DNA of 64,000 bases from a virus: the IMG/VR virus record IMGVR_UViG_3300021399_000161, positions 2,449 through 66,448 of that record, one strand, 5' to 3'. Positions 38,525-48,016 of this stretch are shown here, one piece after another; the stretch's first letter is position 1; every line of letters begins with the position of its first letter. The notes under the pieces are model-generated. The model saw nothing but the letters and a program-made list of their open reading frames with translations. It was not told the origin of the DNA and searched no databases. A program made the translations under genes and the position numbers.

Positions 38525-38938
38525 ATGACCATTGCGGAAAGCATCATCAGTATACTTGTGGGGGGAGGGCTTCTGGCCTTCATCCAGTTTCTCATCACAA
38601 GGCACGACAATAAGCACGATAAATTCAAGTCCGTACTGGATGCCATCAAGGGCGTCAACTCGGAGATCGAGGATGTGCGGAAGGAAATAGCAACACTGAA
38701 GGATGATGCTGACCGCCGGGACGCCGTGCAGGCACGGACGCACGTCTTGAGGTTCCGGGACGAGCTGCAAAACAACATCGATCACTCATCCGAGTATTTT
38801 GACCAGATACTGGAGGATGCGGAACGCTACAAGAAGTTCTGTGAGAAGCATCCCGATTTCCCAAACGGCAGGACGGAGGCGGCAATCGAGTACATCACGG
38901 ATGAACACCAGCGGCTTCTCCGGGAACACAAGCTGTAA
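38525..38938 (+). CDS. membrane-anchored hypothetical protein (N-terminal TM, coiled-coil)
   Basis: RBS AGGAGGG; SIISILVGGGLLAFIQFLI transmembrane segment. Confidence 0.45.
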   Translation: MTIAESIISILVGGGLLAFIQFLITRHDNKHDKFKSVLDAIKGVNSEIEDVRKEIATLKDDADRRDAVQARTHVLRFRDELQNNIDHSSEYFDQILEDAERYKKFCEKHPDFPNGRTEAAIEYITDEHQRLLREHKL

Positions 38939-39004
38939 AAAGTTTGCGAACACTGCAAAAAGTTTGCGAAAGCAGGAATTATTCGTGTAAAAGGGGGATT
39001 TACT

Positions 39005-39232
39005 ATGCAGTTACCAAACCGTACATACGATATCCTGAAGTGGGTGGCGATTATCGCGCTCCCCGCAATAAGTACCTTTATCGTAGTTATCAGTAAAATC
39101 TGGGGATGGGCAGACATGGGAAGCATGATCGCTCAGACCGTGACTGCCGTAGCTGTGCTGTTAGGTGCGCTTCTGGGCGTGAGCGCGGCGAACTATAAGC
39201 CGGGAGAAGGTGAAGAGAATGCAGACAGCTGA
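39005..39232 (+). CDS. holin (two transmembrane segments)
   Basis: 75 aa with two hydrophobic helices and a charged C-terminal tail; RBS AAGGGGGA; overlaps the endolysin start. Confidence 0.65.
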   Translation: MQLPNRTYDILKWVAIIALPAISTFIVVISKIWGWADMGSMIAQTVTAVAVLLGALLGVSAANYKPGEGEENADS

Positions 39233-41144
39233 AGAGATGAAAGCCATTGCATGGCGGTATTTCTTATCCCACGGTCTGACAGAAGAGGGCACGGCGGGTC
39301 TGATGGGGAACCTTGTTGCGGAAAGTGACGGGTTTTTCCCGAATAGGGTTGAGTATTTGTGCCTTCGCCGTCTGAAGGAGGCAGGGAAGATATACACCCA
39401 CGCAACGTATACAGCACTTGTTGATGACGGGACAATCAGCCGGGCGGAATTCCTCAACCCACTGCCGGGGCGTGTATATGCTTACGGCCTCGCTCAGTGG
39501 ACGGCGCCTGCCAGAAAGGCCGGTCTATATGACCTGTGCAAGCAGAGAGGCGTATCTATAGCCGATTTGGACACACAGCTAGATTATCTCATGTACGAAC
39601 TGGAAAACAGCTACGTGAGCCTTCTAGCCACCCTCAAGAGCACGCATGACATACTTGCCGCATCGAATGCTGTGCTGACCAAGTTTGAGCAGCCCGCTGA
39701 TATCGGTTTCGCCGTCCGCAAGGTACGGTATGATTACAGTCAGCAGGTTTACGATACCTTCCACAAGGGGGATTCCGACATGAGCAGGGCAGAAGCCGTT
39801 CAGAAGGTCATCGAGATTGCAGCGGGGGAGGTAGGGTATCTGGAGAAGAAAAGCCTTGCCAACCTCGACAGCAAGACGGGCAATCCGGGCGCAGGAAACT
39901 ACACGAAGTATTGGCGTGATATCTATCCGCAATTCCAGGGACAGCCATGGTGCGCCGCCTTCGTCAGCTGGTGCATGATGAAAGCCTTCGGTCTGGAAGC
40001 CGCCAAGAAACTGCTCGGACACTGGCCGTATGTGTACTGCCCGACACTGGCCGCAAAGACCACCAACAAGACGCCTCTGCCCGGCTCCGTGGTCATCTTT
40101 TATCGAAACGGCACCTTTACCCACACCGGCCTTGTAGTGGGCGTCAACGGGCAATCCATCATCACCGTAGAAGGGAACACCTCCGGGGCATCTGGGATAG
40201 TCGCAAACGGCGGCGGGGTGTGCCAGAAGAGCTATCTGCTGACCAGCCTGTCAGGCATGACCAAGTATTATATGCCGGATTATTCGATAGTGGCGAAGGA
40301 GGAAGTGGATATGTACTATGTGCGCTCCAATTGGGCAGACACGGGCAGTCAGACTTACAAAGGTATCAGCTTCGAGAAGGCCAAGGAAGCCTGCAAGAAG
40401 TCAAAGCAGCTCTACGTCTACAACAGCAGAGGTGTGATCCTCTACCCTGTACACTCCGGCGAAAAGGCCAGAATTGAGAGGGCGGTACTGTGGGCGAATG
40501 CGGTCGCGAAAGATAAGCGGCACGGCTACGACAACCGTCACGGATACAGGTGGGGCGAACACGGTGATTATGCCTGTTCTTCGCTTGTCATCACCGCCTA
40601 TCAGAACGCCGGGGTGCCGGTCAAGGACAAAGGCGCAACGGTCACAGCGGATATGCGTGATGCTTTCATCAAGGCCGGGTTTGCTGATGTGACATCGAAG
40701 GTCAACTTTACCACCTGCGCTGGTATGGTGCGTGGGGATGTGCTGATCACTCCGGGCAAACACACGGAAATCTATATCGGCTCCAAGCGCCTGATCGGGG
40801 CCAGAGGCAACGCCACAGGGGACGGTCCGGAGAACGGGAAGGCGGGAGACCAGACTGGCGGGGAGATCGTGAAGAGCGGATACTACAATTATCCGTGGGC
40901 AATCTGCTTGCGCTACGTCGGCCTTCCGAAGAATACCAGGATCCAGTGTGGCTCTTTCAAGCAGAGGCCGAACGCAGAAAAGCTGGTGGAGAATCTGCGG
41001 AGGAAGTTCGACTGCAACGCCAAGGTCGAGAAAGTAGATGAGTGGTACGTGGTCAGGACTCCGAAGCTGACCAGAGAGGATGCTGTCGCTCTCAGGAAGA
41101 AGATGCTGGCAGCGGGATATGAAGCGTCACTGTTTGATGCCTGA
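39219..41144 (+). CDS. multidomain endolysin: lysozyme-like, CHAP, NlpC/P60-like and SPOR domains
   Basis: GLMGNLVAESDGF (lysozyme-like); CAAFVSWCM...HTGLVVG (CHAP Cys/His); CSSLVITAY...GKHTEIYIG (second Cys/His peptidase); C-terminal SPOR-like 70 aa. Confidence 0.75.
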   Translation: MQTAEEMKAIAWRYFLSHGLTEEGTAGLMGNLVAESDGFFPNRVEYLCLRRLKEAGKIYTHATYTALVDDGTISRAEFLNPLPGRVYAYGLAQWTAPARKAGLYDLCKQRGVSIADLDTQLDYLMYELENSYVSLLATLKSTHDILAASNAVLTKFEQPADIGFAVRKVRYDYSQQVYDTFHKGDSDMSRAEAVQKVIEIAAGEVGYLEKKSLANLDSKTGNPGAGNYTKYWRDIYPQFQGQPWCAAFVSWCMMKAFGLEAAKKLLGHWPYVYCPTLAAKTTNKTPLPGSVVIFYRNGTFTHTGLVVGVNGQSIITVEGNTSGASGIVANGGGVCQKSYLLTSLSGMTKYYMPDYSIVAKEEVDMYYVRSNWADTGSQTYKGISFEKAKEACKKSKQLYVYNSRGVILYPVHSGEKARIERAVLWANAVAKDKRHGYDNRHGYRWGEHGDYACSSLVITAYQNAGVPVKDKGATVTADMRDAFIKAGFADVTSKVNFTTCAGMVRGDVLITPGKHTEIYIGSKRLIGARGNATGDGPENGKAGDQTGGEIVKSGYYNYPWAICLRYVGLPKNTRIQCGSFKQRPNAEKLVENLRRKFDCNAKVEKVDEWYVVRTPKLTREDAVALRKKMLAAGYEASLFDA

Positions 41145-41147
41145 TTG

Positions 41148-41178
41148 CGAGGGGGCTTCGGCCCCCTTATTTTTTTGC
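41148..41178 (+). terminator. Rho-independent terminator
   Basis: GAGGGGGCttcgGCCCCCTT hairpin followed by ATTTTTTT. Confidence 0.7.
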
Positions 41179-41277
41179 CTATTCTTAAATAAATGTTGCT
41201 GTTTCAGTTGACATTTAAATAAATGTATGATAATATGCAGACATATAAATAAACACCGATACAGGAGGGCGAAAAAC

Positions 41278-41706
41278 ATGAAAAAGATTATTGACGGCAA
41301 GCGGTATGACACAGACACCGCGAAAGAGATGGGAAGCGATAGCTTCTCAAACAGGCGGGACTTTCATTATTGGATGGAAACCTTATACCGCAAAAACACG
41401 GGTGAGTTCTTTCTACACGGAGAAGGTGGCCCGATGAGCAGGTACGCAGTGACCACTGGCCAGAATGAATGGTCGGGAGGGGAGAAAATCATCCCTCTCA
41501 CAATCGAATCGGCGAAAAGCTGGGCAGAGGAGCATTTGGATGCTGACCAGTACGAGAAGATCTTCGGGGTTGTCACCGAAGACGGCTACAAAAAAACGGT
41601 AACATTCTCCCTCCCGGAGACCATAATAGAGAAGATCAAGCATGATGCCAGCCAGTCAGGCATGACCATGTCGGATTACGTGGCTGACTGCATCGCCAAG
41701 GCGTGA
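41278..41706 (+). CDS. moron: unknown N-terminal domain fused to a C-terminal ribbon-helix-helix domain
   Basis: RBS ACAGGAGGG; C-terminus TFSLPETIIEKIKHDASQSGMTMSDYVADCIAKA fits the RHH pattern; bracketed by two terminators. Confidence 0.5.
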   Translation: MKKIIDGKRYDTDTAKEMGSDSFSNRRDFHYWMETLYRKNTGEFFLHGEGGPMSRYAVTTGQNEWSGGEKIIPLTIESAKSWAEEHLDADQYEKIFGVVTEDGYKKTVTFSLPETIIEKIKHDASQSGMTMSDYVADCIAKA

Positions 41707-41713
41707 GAAAATT

Positions 41714-41739
41714 GGCGGCTAAGTAAGCCGCCTTTTTTG
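41714..41739 (+). terminator. Rho-independent terminator
   Basis: GGCGGCTaagtaAGCCGCC hairpin followed by TTTTTT. Confidence 0.7.
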
Positions 41740-41747
41740 TGCAATAT

Positions 41748-42340
41748 TTTTTTGCCGTCCAGTGATGAGGGCGGCTTTTTTGATGGGCGAATATGCATGG
41801 TTACATGAACAAAATAACCTCAAAATGATGGCATCAGGCCCCAAAGGGTAGTGGGTAAGGGGTCACCTGTTGTCTTTTCATTTTTTGACATGTAACCAAC
41901 CCGCATGGTTACGCGGTTTTTCGCCTGTTGTCTTTTGTTGTCTACTAGGTCAAAATAAGCACTTTTAGGGGTAAAATCTTGCCTTTTTCGGATAAAAGAA
42001 AAACCCGGAAATCCTTGTACCTACGCGGAAAACTCGGATTTTCGGGTGTTGTCTAAAAGTCGGGGTAGTGGGATTTGAACACAAATGAGAAACCCCAAAA
42101 CCCGCATAAACACGCGGTTTTTCGCATATCATCTGTTGTCTTTTGTTGTCTCGTCAAAATTGCGGTTACATAATCATGTAATCACGTGTAACCAGACAGC
42201 TTCATTTCCTGCCTTGTATGGCCTACTTTCAAGGCCATTCCCATCATGTGATCACGACATCGGAAGTATCGTATTCCGGGAAAACGGAAGGCGTGGTTAC
42301 ATTTCTGTTGTCTTTTCCCACTACCCCTAAAACATCACTA
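41748..42340. other. attP region: arm-type direct repeats (CTGTTGTCTTTT x4-5, ACGCGGTTTTTCGC x2-3, GGTTAC x5) and a tRNA 3'-end-like fragment
   Basis: Read directly; 42062-42080 GGGGTAGTGGGATTTGAAC is the reverse complement of a tRNA T-loop plus acceptor 3' strand (TTCAAATCCCACTACCCC); it lies adjacent to the 3' end of the integrase gene. Confidence 0.6.
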
Positions 42341-43395
42341 TCTTTGGTGCTGATAGTAATATCTTTACTTTCCCCAGTGATAAGCCCCGAGAAGTGATCC
42401 GACATCTTATTCGAATACTTATCCGCCGCAATGTCAATCTTGTTCTGGTACACAGCCTTCATGACCGGCGAACCATGACGCCAGCCGCCGAATTCTGCCA
42501 GGTAGATGTCCGGGATCCCCAACACAGCCCCAATCGATGCGTAGTAATGCCGCAGGTCATGGAACCTGATATCTATCCCCAGCTTGTTCCTGAGACGGTT
42601 GAACCGATGTGTCACCCTGTCAGGATGGGAGAGAGTCACGTATGCATCATCCGGACCGTCACCGATCAGGTCAATCACCTGTTGGGGGAGCAGTACGCTG
42701 CGGATAGACTCGGATGTCTTCGGAAAATCTTTGTACACGAAGCCGTCCATGGACTGCACCATGTCGGCATGAACATGGGCGATGCGTCCATCGATATCCT
42801 TATGCTTCAGGGCACATATCTCTCCTCTCCGCATAGACCCGAAAGCCGCCAGTGCGATACACACCTTCAGCTCCTCACCGGCCTGCGTGAACAGTTCCTT
42901 TACGTCATCATCTGATGGAGCAGACCTTCTCGCCTTCGGTTTCTTCGGCAGGGTAGTGCGGAATACTGCATCGGGCCGGAACATATATATGGCCGATGTG
43001 AGCAGTCCATAGATATTCCCGATGCTCTTAGCTGATACCTTCCCGACAAGGCTGGCAACGAAGAGTTGCATATCCTCCGTTGTCAGGTTATACACCAGTT
43101 TATCCTCGATGCGCCCGAAGTGGGTGTTCTGCAAGGATCTGTATGACCTGATGGAAGAGGGGGAGAGTATCTTTTCCTTGGAATAGATGTATCTCTCTAT
43201 GGCTTCTCCCACTGTGATCTCCCTTATGTCTCCCGGCTTTCCCACCTCATCCAGGTGCCTGCCTGCCCTTATTTCCGCCTCCTTCTTCGTCTTCCCGGAA
43301 ATGGCAGTATATACCTTCTTCCCGGTCTTCTTGTCGATGCCGTCATAGACGATCACGCGCCAATTCCCTGACGGCTGTCTTTTTGCAGTTGCCAT
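42244..43395 (-). CDS. int: tyrosine integrase (phage integrase family)
   Basis: FHDLRHYYAS and AVYQNK catalytic Arg/His/Tyr pattern; N-terminal SAM-like domain; 383 aa; arm repeats continue into its 3' end. Confidence 0.85.
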   Translation of the reverse strand: MATAKRQPSGNWRVIVYDGIDKKTGKKVYTAISGKTKKEAEIRAGRHLDEVGKPGDIREITVGEAIERYIYSKEKILSPSSIRSYRSLQNTHFGRIEDKLVYNLTTEDMQLFVASLVGKVSAKSIGNIYGLLTSAIYMFRPDAVFRTTLPKKPKARRSAPSDDDVKELFTQAGEELKVCIALAAFGSMRRGEICALKHKDIDGRIAHVHADMVQSMDGFVYKDFPKTSESIRSVLLPQQVIDLIGDGPDDAYVTLSHPDRVTHRFNRLRNKLGIDIRFHDLRHYYASIGAVLGIPDIYLAEFGGWRHGSPVMKAVYQNKIDIAADKYSNKMSDHFSGLITGESKDITISTKDSDVLGVVGKDNRNVTTPSVFPEYDTSDVVIT

Positions 43396-43536
43396 AATCT
43401 AAGCACTCCTTCCTTCCTCCTGTTCCGGATTTCACCAAGAAACCGAACAGGCGTTTCATTGTGTTTTTCCCCTAAAAGTGCTAAGATCAGAATTGCCTTT
43501 CTTGGACTAGCACTTTTCATAGAGCTGGTTCAGATG

Positions 43537-43576
43537 CCCTCCCTTCATGGCAGTGGGGAGGGTATTTTTATTTTTG
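43537..43576 (+). terminator. intrinsic terminator-like hairpin (plus orientation)
   Basis: CCCTCCC-loop-GGGAGGG followed by TATTTTTATTTTT. Confidence 0.4.
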
Positions 43577-44056
43577 GGCCTCGTCTCTCCTCACTGTCAG
43601 AGACGGTTCAAACGAGATCCAGTAACCGTTGTGTTTTACGCCAAGACCGTAGATGCCTCTGTATCTGTCAATAGCTTCCCGAAGGTATCCTTCTGTACAG
43701 CCAAGATACTCAGCTGTCTCATAGGCGTTCTGGCATCCTGCCTTGCAAGCGTCCACAATGCCGTCAAGGCTTATCATGAGATTATATCCGTAGGTTCGAG
43801 CCTTGACTTCCTGCTTGTAATTATTGGGATCAGCGTAATTCAGTATATCCCCGGCGGATGTCGCATCGTGCCCGATTTCTTCAGCCAGTACGCCAGCCTT
43901 TTCCGCTGAAGTCTTCAGCCTGTCGCTGATGGCTATGTTATGACCGCATATCAGGCCATCGTAGTAGAGCAGTCTTTTCTCCTTTACATTTAACCGCCGG
44001 TCAGCGGCTATGAACAGCATATTTTCGTATTTCTGCATTTCGTCATTCACCTCCAT
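43568..44056 (-). CDS. ImmA/IrrE-like (DUF955) putative anti-repressor protease with a non-canonical AEEIGH motif
   Basis: Layout resembles the ImmA family, but the HExxH motif reads AEEIGH (first His missing); lies in the int-cI neighbourhood. Confidence 0.4.
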   Translation of the reverse strand: MEVNDEMQKYENMLFIAADRRLNVKEKRLLYYDGLICGHNIAISDRLKTSAEKAGVLAEEIGHDATSAGDILNYADPNNYKQEVKARTYGYNLMISLDGIVDACKAGCQNAYETAEYLGCTEGYLREAIDRYRGIYGLGVKHNGYWISFEPSLTVRRDEAQK

Positions 44057-44323
44057 CGAAACAGACTGTCGGTGATTTTATTTTCGGTCATGTGGTGTCA
44101 GATATTTTGAACGCCATAAACGTGTCGAAGCATCTTGGGGTTAATGTTATAATTTGGGTATATAGATACATGAAAATACCCGATAATCGATAAGGCTAGA
44201 TAAAGGAGTGTGTTTATCATGCCATACAAGATTGATGTCAAAATTATTTCCCCGGACATCAGCATCCTTGCGGATGCTTGTAAACGCACCGCAAATCATC
44301 CCAAAAAGGAGGAGACCCAAACC

Positions 44324-44647
44324 ATGAAGCACCCCACAATCGAAATTAAGCGCGGCAATTCAAACGGCGGGAGACAGGTGACACAGATATTCGTTGATGG
44401 GCATCCGATCCACGGCGTCCGTAGTTTCAAACTGGAGCAGGATACCTCACTTGAAATTCCAGTGCTGACATTGGAGATAAATGCCCTGGACATATCCATT
44501 GACTCTCCCATGACCATCAACCACGCCCGTCTTGGGAACGTCAAAGATATCATCTTTGAAAATGAAGGCGTCAACGCAGCCCTTCATGGCCGTTGCCAGA
44601 CTATTGTTGACTGTGAGTCTCCGACAGTAGCACCGTCTCAGTCTTAG
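44324..44647 (+). CDS. hypothetical protein (moron-like)
   Basis: Strong RBS AAAAAGGAGGAG before ATG. Confidence 0.45.
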   Translation: MKHPTIEIKRGNSNGGRQVTQIFVDGHPIHGVRSFKLEQDTSLEIPVLTLEINALDISIDSPMTINHARLGNVKDIIFENEGVNAALHGRCQTIVDCESPTVAPSQS

Positions 44648-45049
44648 TGCTCATATCCTTTCTGATCCAAAACAGAACACTCAGCCCTGCCCCTGCACTG
44701 CACACGTTGCATGATGGGGCAGGAGAACATGGTGCATATCTTTATTACGCCCTCAAAATCATCGGCACGAATATAATCAATAGATACGGTTTGCTTTTTC
44801 CCTGTCTTCTTGCAGATGCCGGTTTCCGAAATCACTTTGCATTTCCTCCCAAATAAAAACCCGGTAACCATAAGGCTACCGGGTGTCTCTCATAGAAAGT
44901 CTCAGGATGGGCGGCGTATCCATCATCTCAGGTACCTTTTTGTCGGTGCGTCGGGAGCCTTTCCGACCTCTGAGACTTATCGGTAGCTTCAATATACTAA
45001 ATGTTTACTGCTCGGTCAAGGCAACGCCACTGTTGACATCATCCCCGTT

Positions 45050-45592
45050 CTAGAAATCCTCCTTCACAATCTCCACGTCATGCCTACGATCCTCATCAGT
45101 TCCAGTGGCATCCGGGTTCTCATGGGCGGCGAGGAGGTCTTGTTCTGCGGTCTGGATGGACAGGAGCGAAGACGCATATTTCTTTAGCTTCTTCTTATTG
45201 TCCGGGAGGAGCCTCCTGTAATTATTGAGGAGTTCCTTTTCATCCGTTGGGAACAAATATGGGTGTTGGGCATTAAATTCATCAGCGAACGCAGAAAACC
45301 GTTCTGCATCTGAAGGGCGTCTGCGTGGAACGTTATACCCCATCAGCCAACCTTCACTAACATCCAAAGCACGTGCCAAAACATATATCTTGTCCTGGAG
45401 CGGTTCGCATTTCCCGTTGCAATACTGACTGAGACTTGATTTATTCATCTTTACATTATGTACTTTGCAAAGCGGCTCGGATAACTTTATTACATCGGCC
45501 TGAGTAAGTCCCCTTTCCATCATTATCTGTTTAAGCCTAGCGGCAGTGGTGCTTTCCTTATTATTCATTGGTTTTCCTCCTTGCTCCCCCAT
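45050..45592 (-). CDS. CI-like repressor (XRE-family helix-turn-helix)
   Basis: ARLKQIMMERGLTQADVIKLSE HTH; divergent from a cro-like gene across a three-operator region; no obvious S24 peptidase domain. Confidence 0.7.
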   Translation of the reverse strand: MGEQGGKPMNNKESTTAARLKQIMMERGLTQADVIKLSEPLCKVHNVKMNKSSLSQYCNGKCEPLQDKIYVLARALDVSEGWLMGYNVPRRRPSDAERFSAFADEFNAQHPYLFPTDEKELLNNYRRLLPDNKKKLKKYASSLLSIQTAEQDLLAAHENPDATGTDEDRRHDVEIVKEDF

Positions 45593-45741
45593 GGCAATAC
45601 AATATCACCTATTGAACAAAAGTTCAATAGCGAAAACTAGAAAAGTTCAGTTTGTTGAATTTTAGTATTGACATGTAGAACAAGACGTGGTAATGTTTTG
45701 GTGGTTCAAGAGTTTGAACATACGGAAAGGAGGTTACCAGA
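45593..45741. promoter_or_regulatory. Immunity switch region with three operators containing GTTCAA/TTGAAC half-sites and a rightward sigma-A promoter
   Basis: Palindromes CTATTGAACaaaaGTTCAATAG (45609-45630), AGTTCAGtttgTTGAAT (45644-45660) and GTTCAAgagtTTGAAC (45704-45719); TTGACA (45668) / 17 bp / TAATGT (45691); RBS GGAAAGGAGG. Confidence 0.65.
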
Positions 45742-45972
45742 GTGGCTTTTGACTATAGCAAACTCAGAGGAAGGATAGTAGAAATATTCCTTACTCAGTC
45801 AGCGTTTGCCGTTGCGATGGGCTGGTCCGAGAGAACCTTGTCACTGAAAATGACCGGACAGAGAATGTGGAAACAGAACGATATTATTAAGGCAGTAAAG
45901 CTGTTAAAAATTGATGAGTCAGAGATTCCGGTTTATTTTTTTACGGCAAAGGTTCAAAGAATTGAACAGTGA
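45742..45972 (+). CDS. Cro-like XRE-family regulator
   Basis: GTG start 8 nt after GGAAAGGAGG; 76 aa; divergent from the repressor gene. Confidence 0.6.
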   Translation: MAFDYSKLRGRIVEIFLTQSAFAVAMGWSERTLSLKMTGQRMWKQNDIIKAVKLLKIDESEIPVYFFTAKVQRIEQ

Positions 45973-45983
45973 GGTGGCGCAGA

Positions 45984-46892
45984 GTGATCAAGATAGACCA
46001 AGAGTTCCAGTCTCTCATCCCGGAGTTGTCTTCGGAGGAATACACGCAGCTTGAAAAGAACATCATCAAAGACGGTATCCGAGATGCCCTGGTGGTCTGG
46101 AAAACAAAGGCCGGAGAAGAAATCCTGATTGACGGACATAACCGCAAACGGATTGCTGATGCTCATCCGGGAATAAGATATGACATCAAGTATGTAGAGT
46201 TCCCTGACAGGGAAGCCGCCAAGAGGTGGATTATCCTCAACCAGTTCGGGCGAAGAAACCTGTCAGCATATGATCGGAGCGTTCTGGCCTTGAAGCTGAA
46301 ACCACTGATTGCGGAGAAGGCAAAGGAGAACATGCTTGCCACGCAGAACAATGAAAATGCATCAGCTTTTCAGAAATCTGATAAGCAGGTCAATACCGCA
46401 AAGGAACTTGCCAAAGCCGCCGGTGTCTCTCACGACACAATCCACAAGGTGGAAACAATCGAAAACAGCAATGACGAACGCCTGAAAGAGCAGGTACGAG
46501 CTGGGGACATTACCATCAACAAGGCATACCACATTGTCAAGGGAGACCCGCCGAACAAATCCATGTCCAAGTTGGTCAAGGAAATGGTAGAGGACGCCAA
46601 ACAGCAGCATCAGGAATTCGAAGAAGCCAAGGCAGAGAACGGGACGGTTTCCTTCTCGGATATCAAAGTCGATAAGGAAAACAAGAAGCTGATCGCCAGA
46701 GACACATGGCAGAAATGCATGAAGATGGGGTCAGCGATTGAGAGCGTAATCCTCAGCCGGGAAGCTGGTGATATTGATCTCGGCCTAGTGGCGTCCGAGA
46801 TGCCGGAAGAGGATCTGCAAATCCTCAAGGAAGCAATCAAGACATGGGCAAAATACCTGTCCCAGATTTACAAGGAGGTGTTCGATGAATAG
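45984..46892 (+). CDS. ParB-like nuclease-domain (ParB/Srx N-terminal) protein
   Basis: ILIDGHNRKRIA contains the ParB DGHxR motif; central HTH-like region AKELAKAAGVSHDTIHKVE; GTG start after GAGGTGG. Confidence 0.55.
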   Translation: MIKIDQEFQSLIPELSSEEYTQLEKNIIKDGIRDALVVWKTKAGEEILIDGHNRKRIADAHPGIRYDIKYVEFPDREAAKRWIILNQFGRRNLSAYDRSVLALKLKPLIAEKAKENMLATQNNENASAFQKSDKQVNTAKELAKAAGVSHDTIHKVETIENSNDERLKEQVRAGDITINKAYHIVKGDPPNKSMSKLVKEMVEDAKQQHQEFEEAKAENGTVSFSDIKVDKENKKLIARDTWQKCMKMGSAIESVILSREAGDIDLGLVASEMPEEDLQILKEAIKTWAKYLSQIYKEVFDE

Positions 46893-47343
46893 GGTTTCGG
46901 AGATAGTCGATATCGAGATCACCCTGATAGAAGAAGAGATGCAACGGTTAGGACGGCACGTGATCCGGACCGAAACAGTTCGCGAACGTGCGTTGAGGCA
47001 CATCTACTTTGACGGGGAAAATGAGGAAACGAAATACTGCACGAGAATTGGCTTCGGGCAGGTCATCCAGTCAAGGCTCCAGACGAGAGGATACCGCTCA
47101 ATCAGGGAAGGCCGGTTCGTCAATGCCGCCAAATGCGATAGCATCCCGTATCTGACAGAACTGCTCAGACACGCAAAACTGACAGCTGACGAAAAGGCTG
47201 CTGTTGCGAAAAGGATCAGCGTATTGAGGCACACGAAGATGACCGGACAGGAAGTGTTCGACACGAGCGGCCTTGACCTGGAAATCATCATCCCGCCGAA
47301 CGAAAAGGAATTCACGGAGATGGTTGAAGCGGACGCTGTATAA
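46885..47343 (+). CDS. hypothetical protein
   Basis: 152 aa; ATGA-type overlap with the upstream gene. Confidence 0.45.
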   Translation: MNRVSEIVDIEITLIEEEMQRLGRHVIRTETVRERALRHIYFDGENEETKYCTRIGFGQVIQSRLQTRGYRSIREGRFVNAAKCDSIPYLTELLRHAKLTADEKAAVAKRISVLRHTKMTGQEVFDTSGLDLEIIIPPNEKEFTEMVEADAV

Positions 47344-47778
47344 GGTCAAGCAGGAGACACCCACTTAGGTATAGTTCCTGCCCCAAACGAAAAGACGTGC
47401 CCAATCCACTACAAACCAGACACGTACTTTTCTGCCTTTTATCTACTATGATCCGTTGTGGTCAGGCGCTCTGGGCGCTCTAACATACCCGCGGATATGT
47501 TAATCAGACCCGTGATCAGGGACACCTTTTTGGAGGGTGATCTGGTAGTGGTATCACACTTCAACGGGTGCGTTTCTTATGAAGAGGCTTACTTCACAAC
47601 CCCGTCGCAAACGCCCCGGGCAGAGGATGCGATTAAACATCCAATGTCCGGTCATAGTGCAGGGGCTGTATCATGAGTTTCCTCATGGGGATACATCACC
47701 TCCTTGTACGACATTTCAGCGGGTTGCAACCTGAATTGTAACACGGGTTTGAAAATATTCAAAGGTGTGGAGGAGAAA

Positions 47779-47988
47779 ATGCACGAGAAAATTATTTTCC
47801 TGTGTAACTCGAAAGGCATCTCAGTGAACGTTCTTGAACGCAAGCTGGGTTTTGGAGCAGGAACTATATCTAAGTGGCGGACATCATCCCCGGCACTGGA
47901 CAAGGCGGTAAAGGTTGCGGATTACTTCTCCGTAAGTCTTGACTGGTTGGCTGGGAGGAACGTGGAAATGAGTAATAAGGAGGAATAA
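47779..47988 (+). CDS. XRE-family HTH protein
   Basis: ISVNVLERKLGFGAGTISKW HTH; RBS GGAGGAGAAA. Confidence 0.55.
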   Translation: MHEKIIFLCNSKGISVNVLERKLGFGAGTISKWRTSSPALDKAVKVADYFSVSLDWLAGRNVEMSNKEE

Positions 47989-48016
47989 GCAAAAGGGGAA
48001 TGGGAGGGACAAGAAA

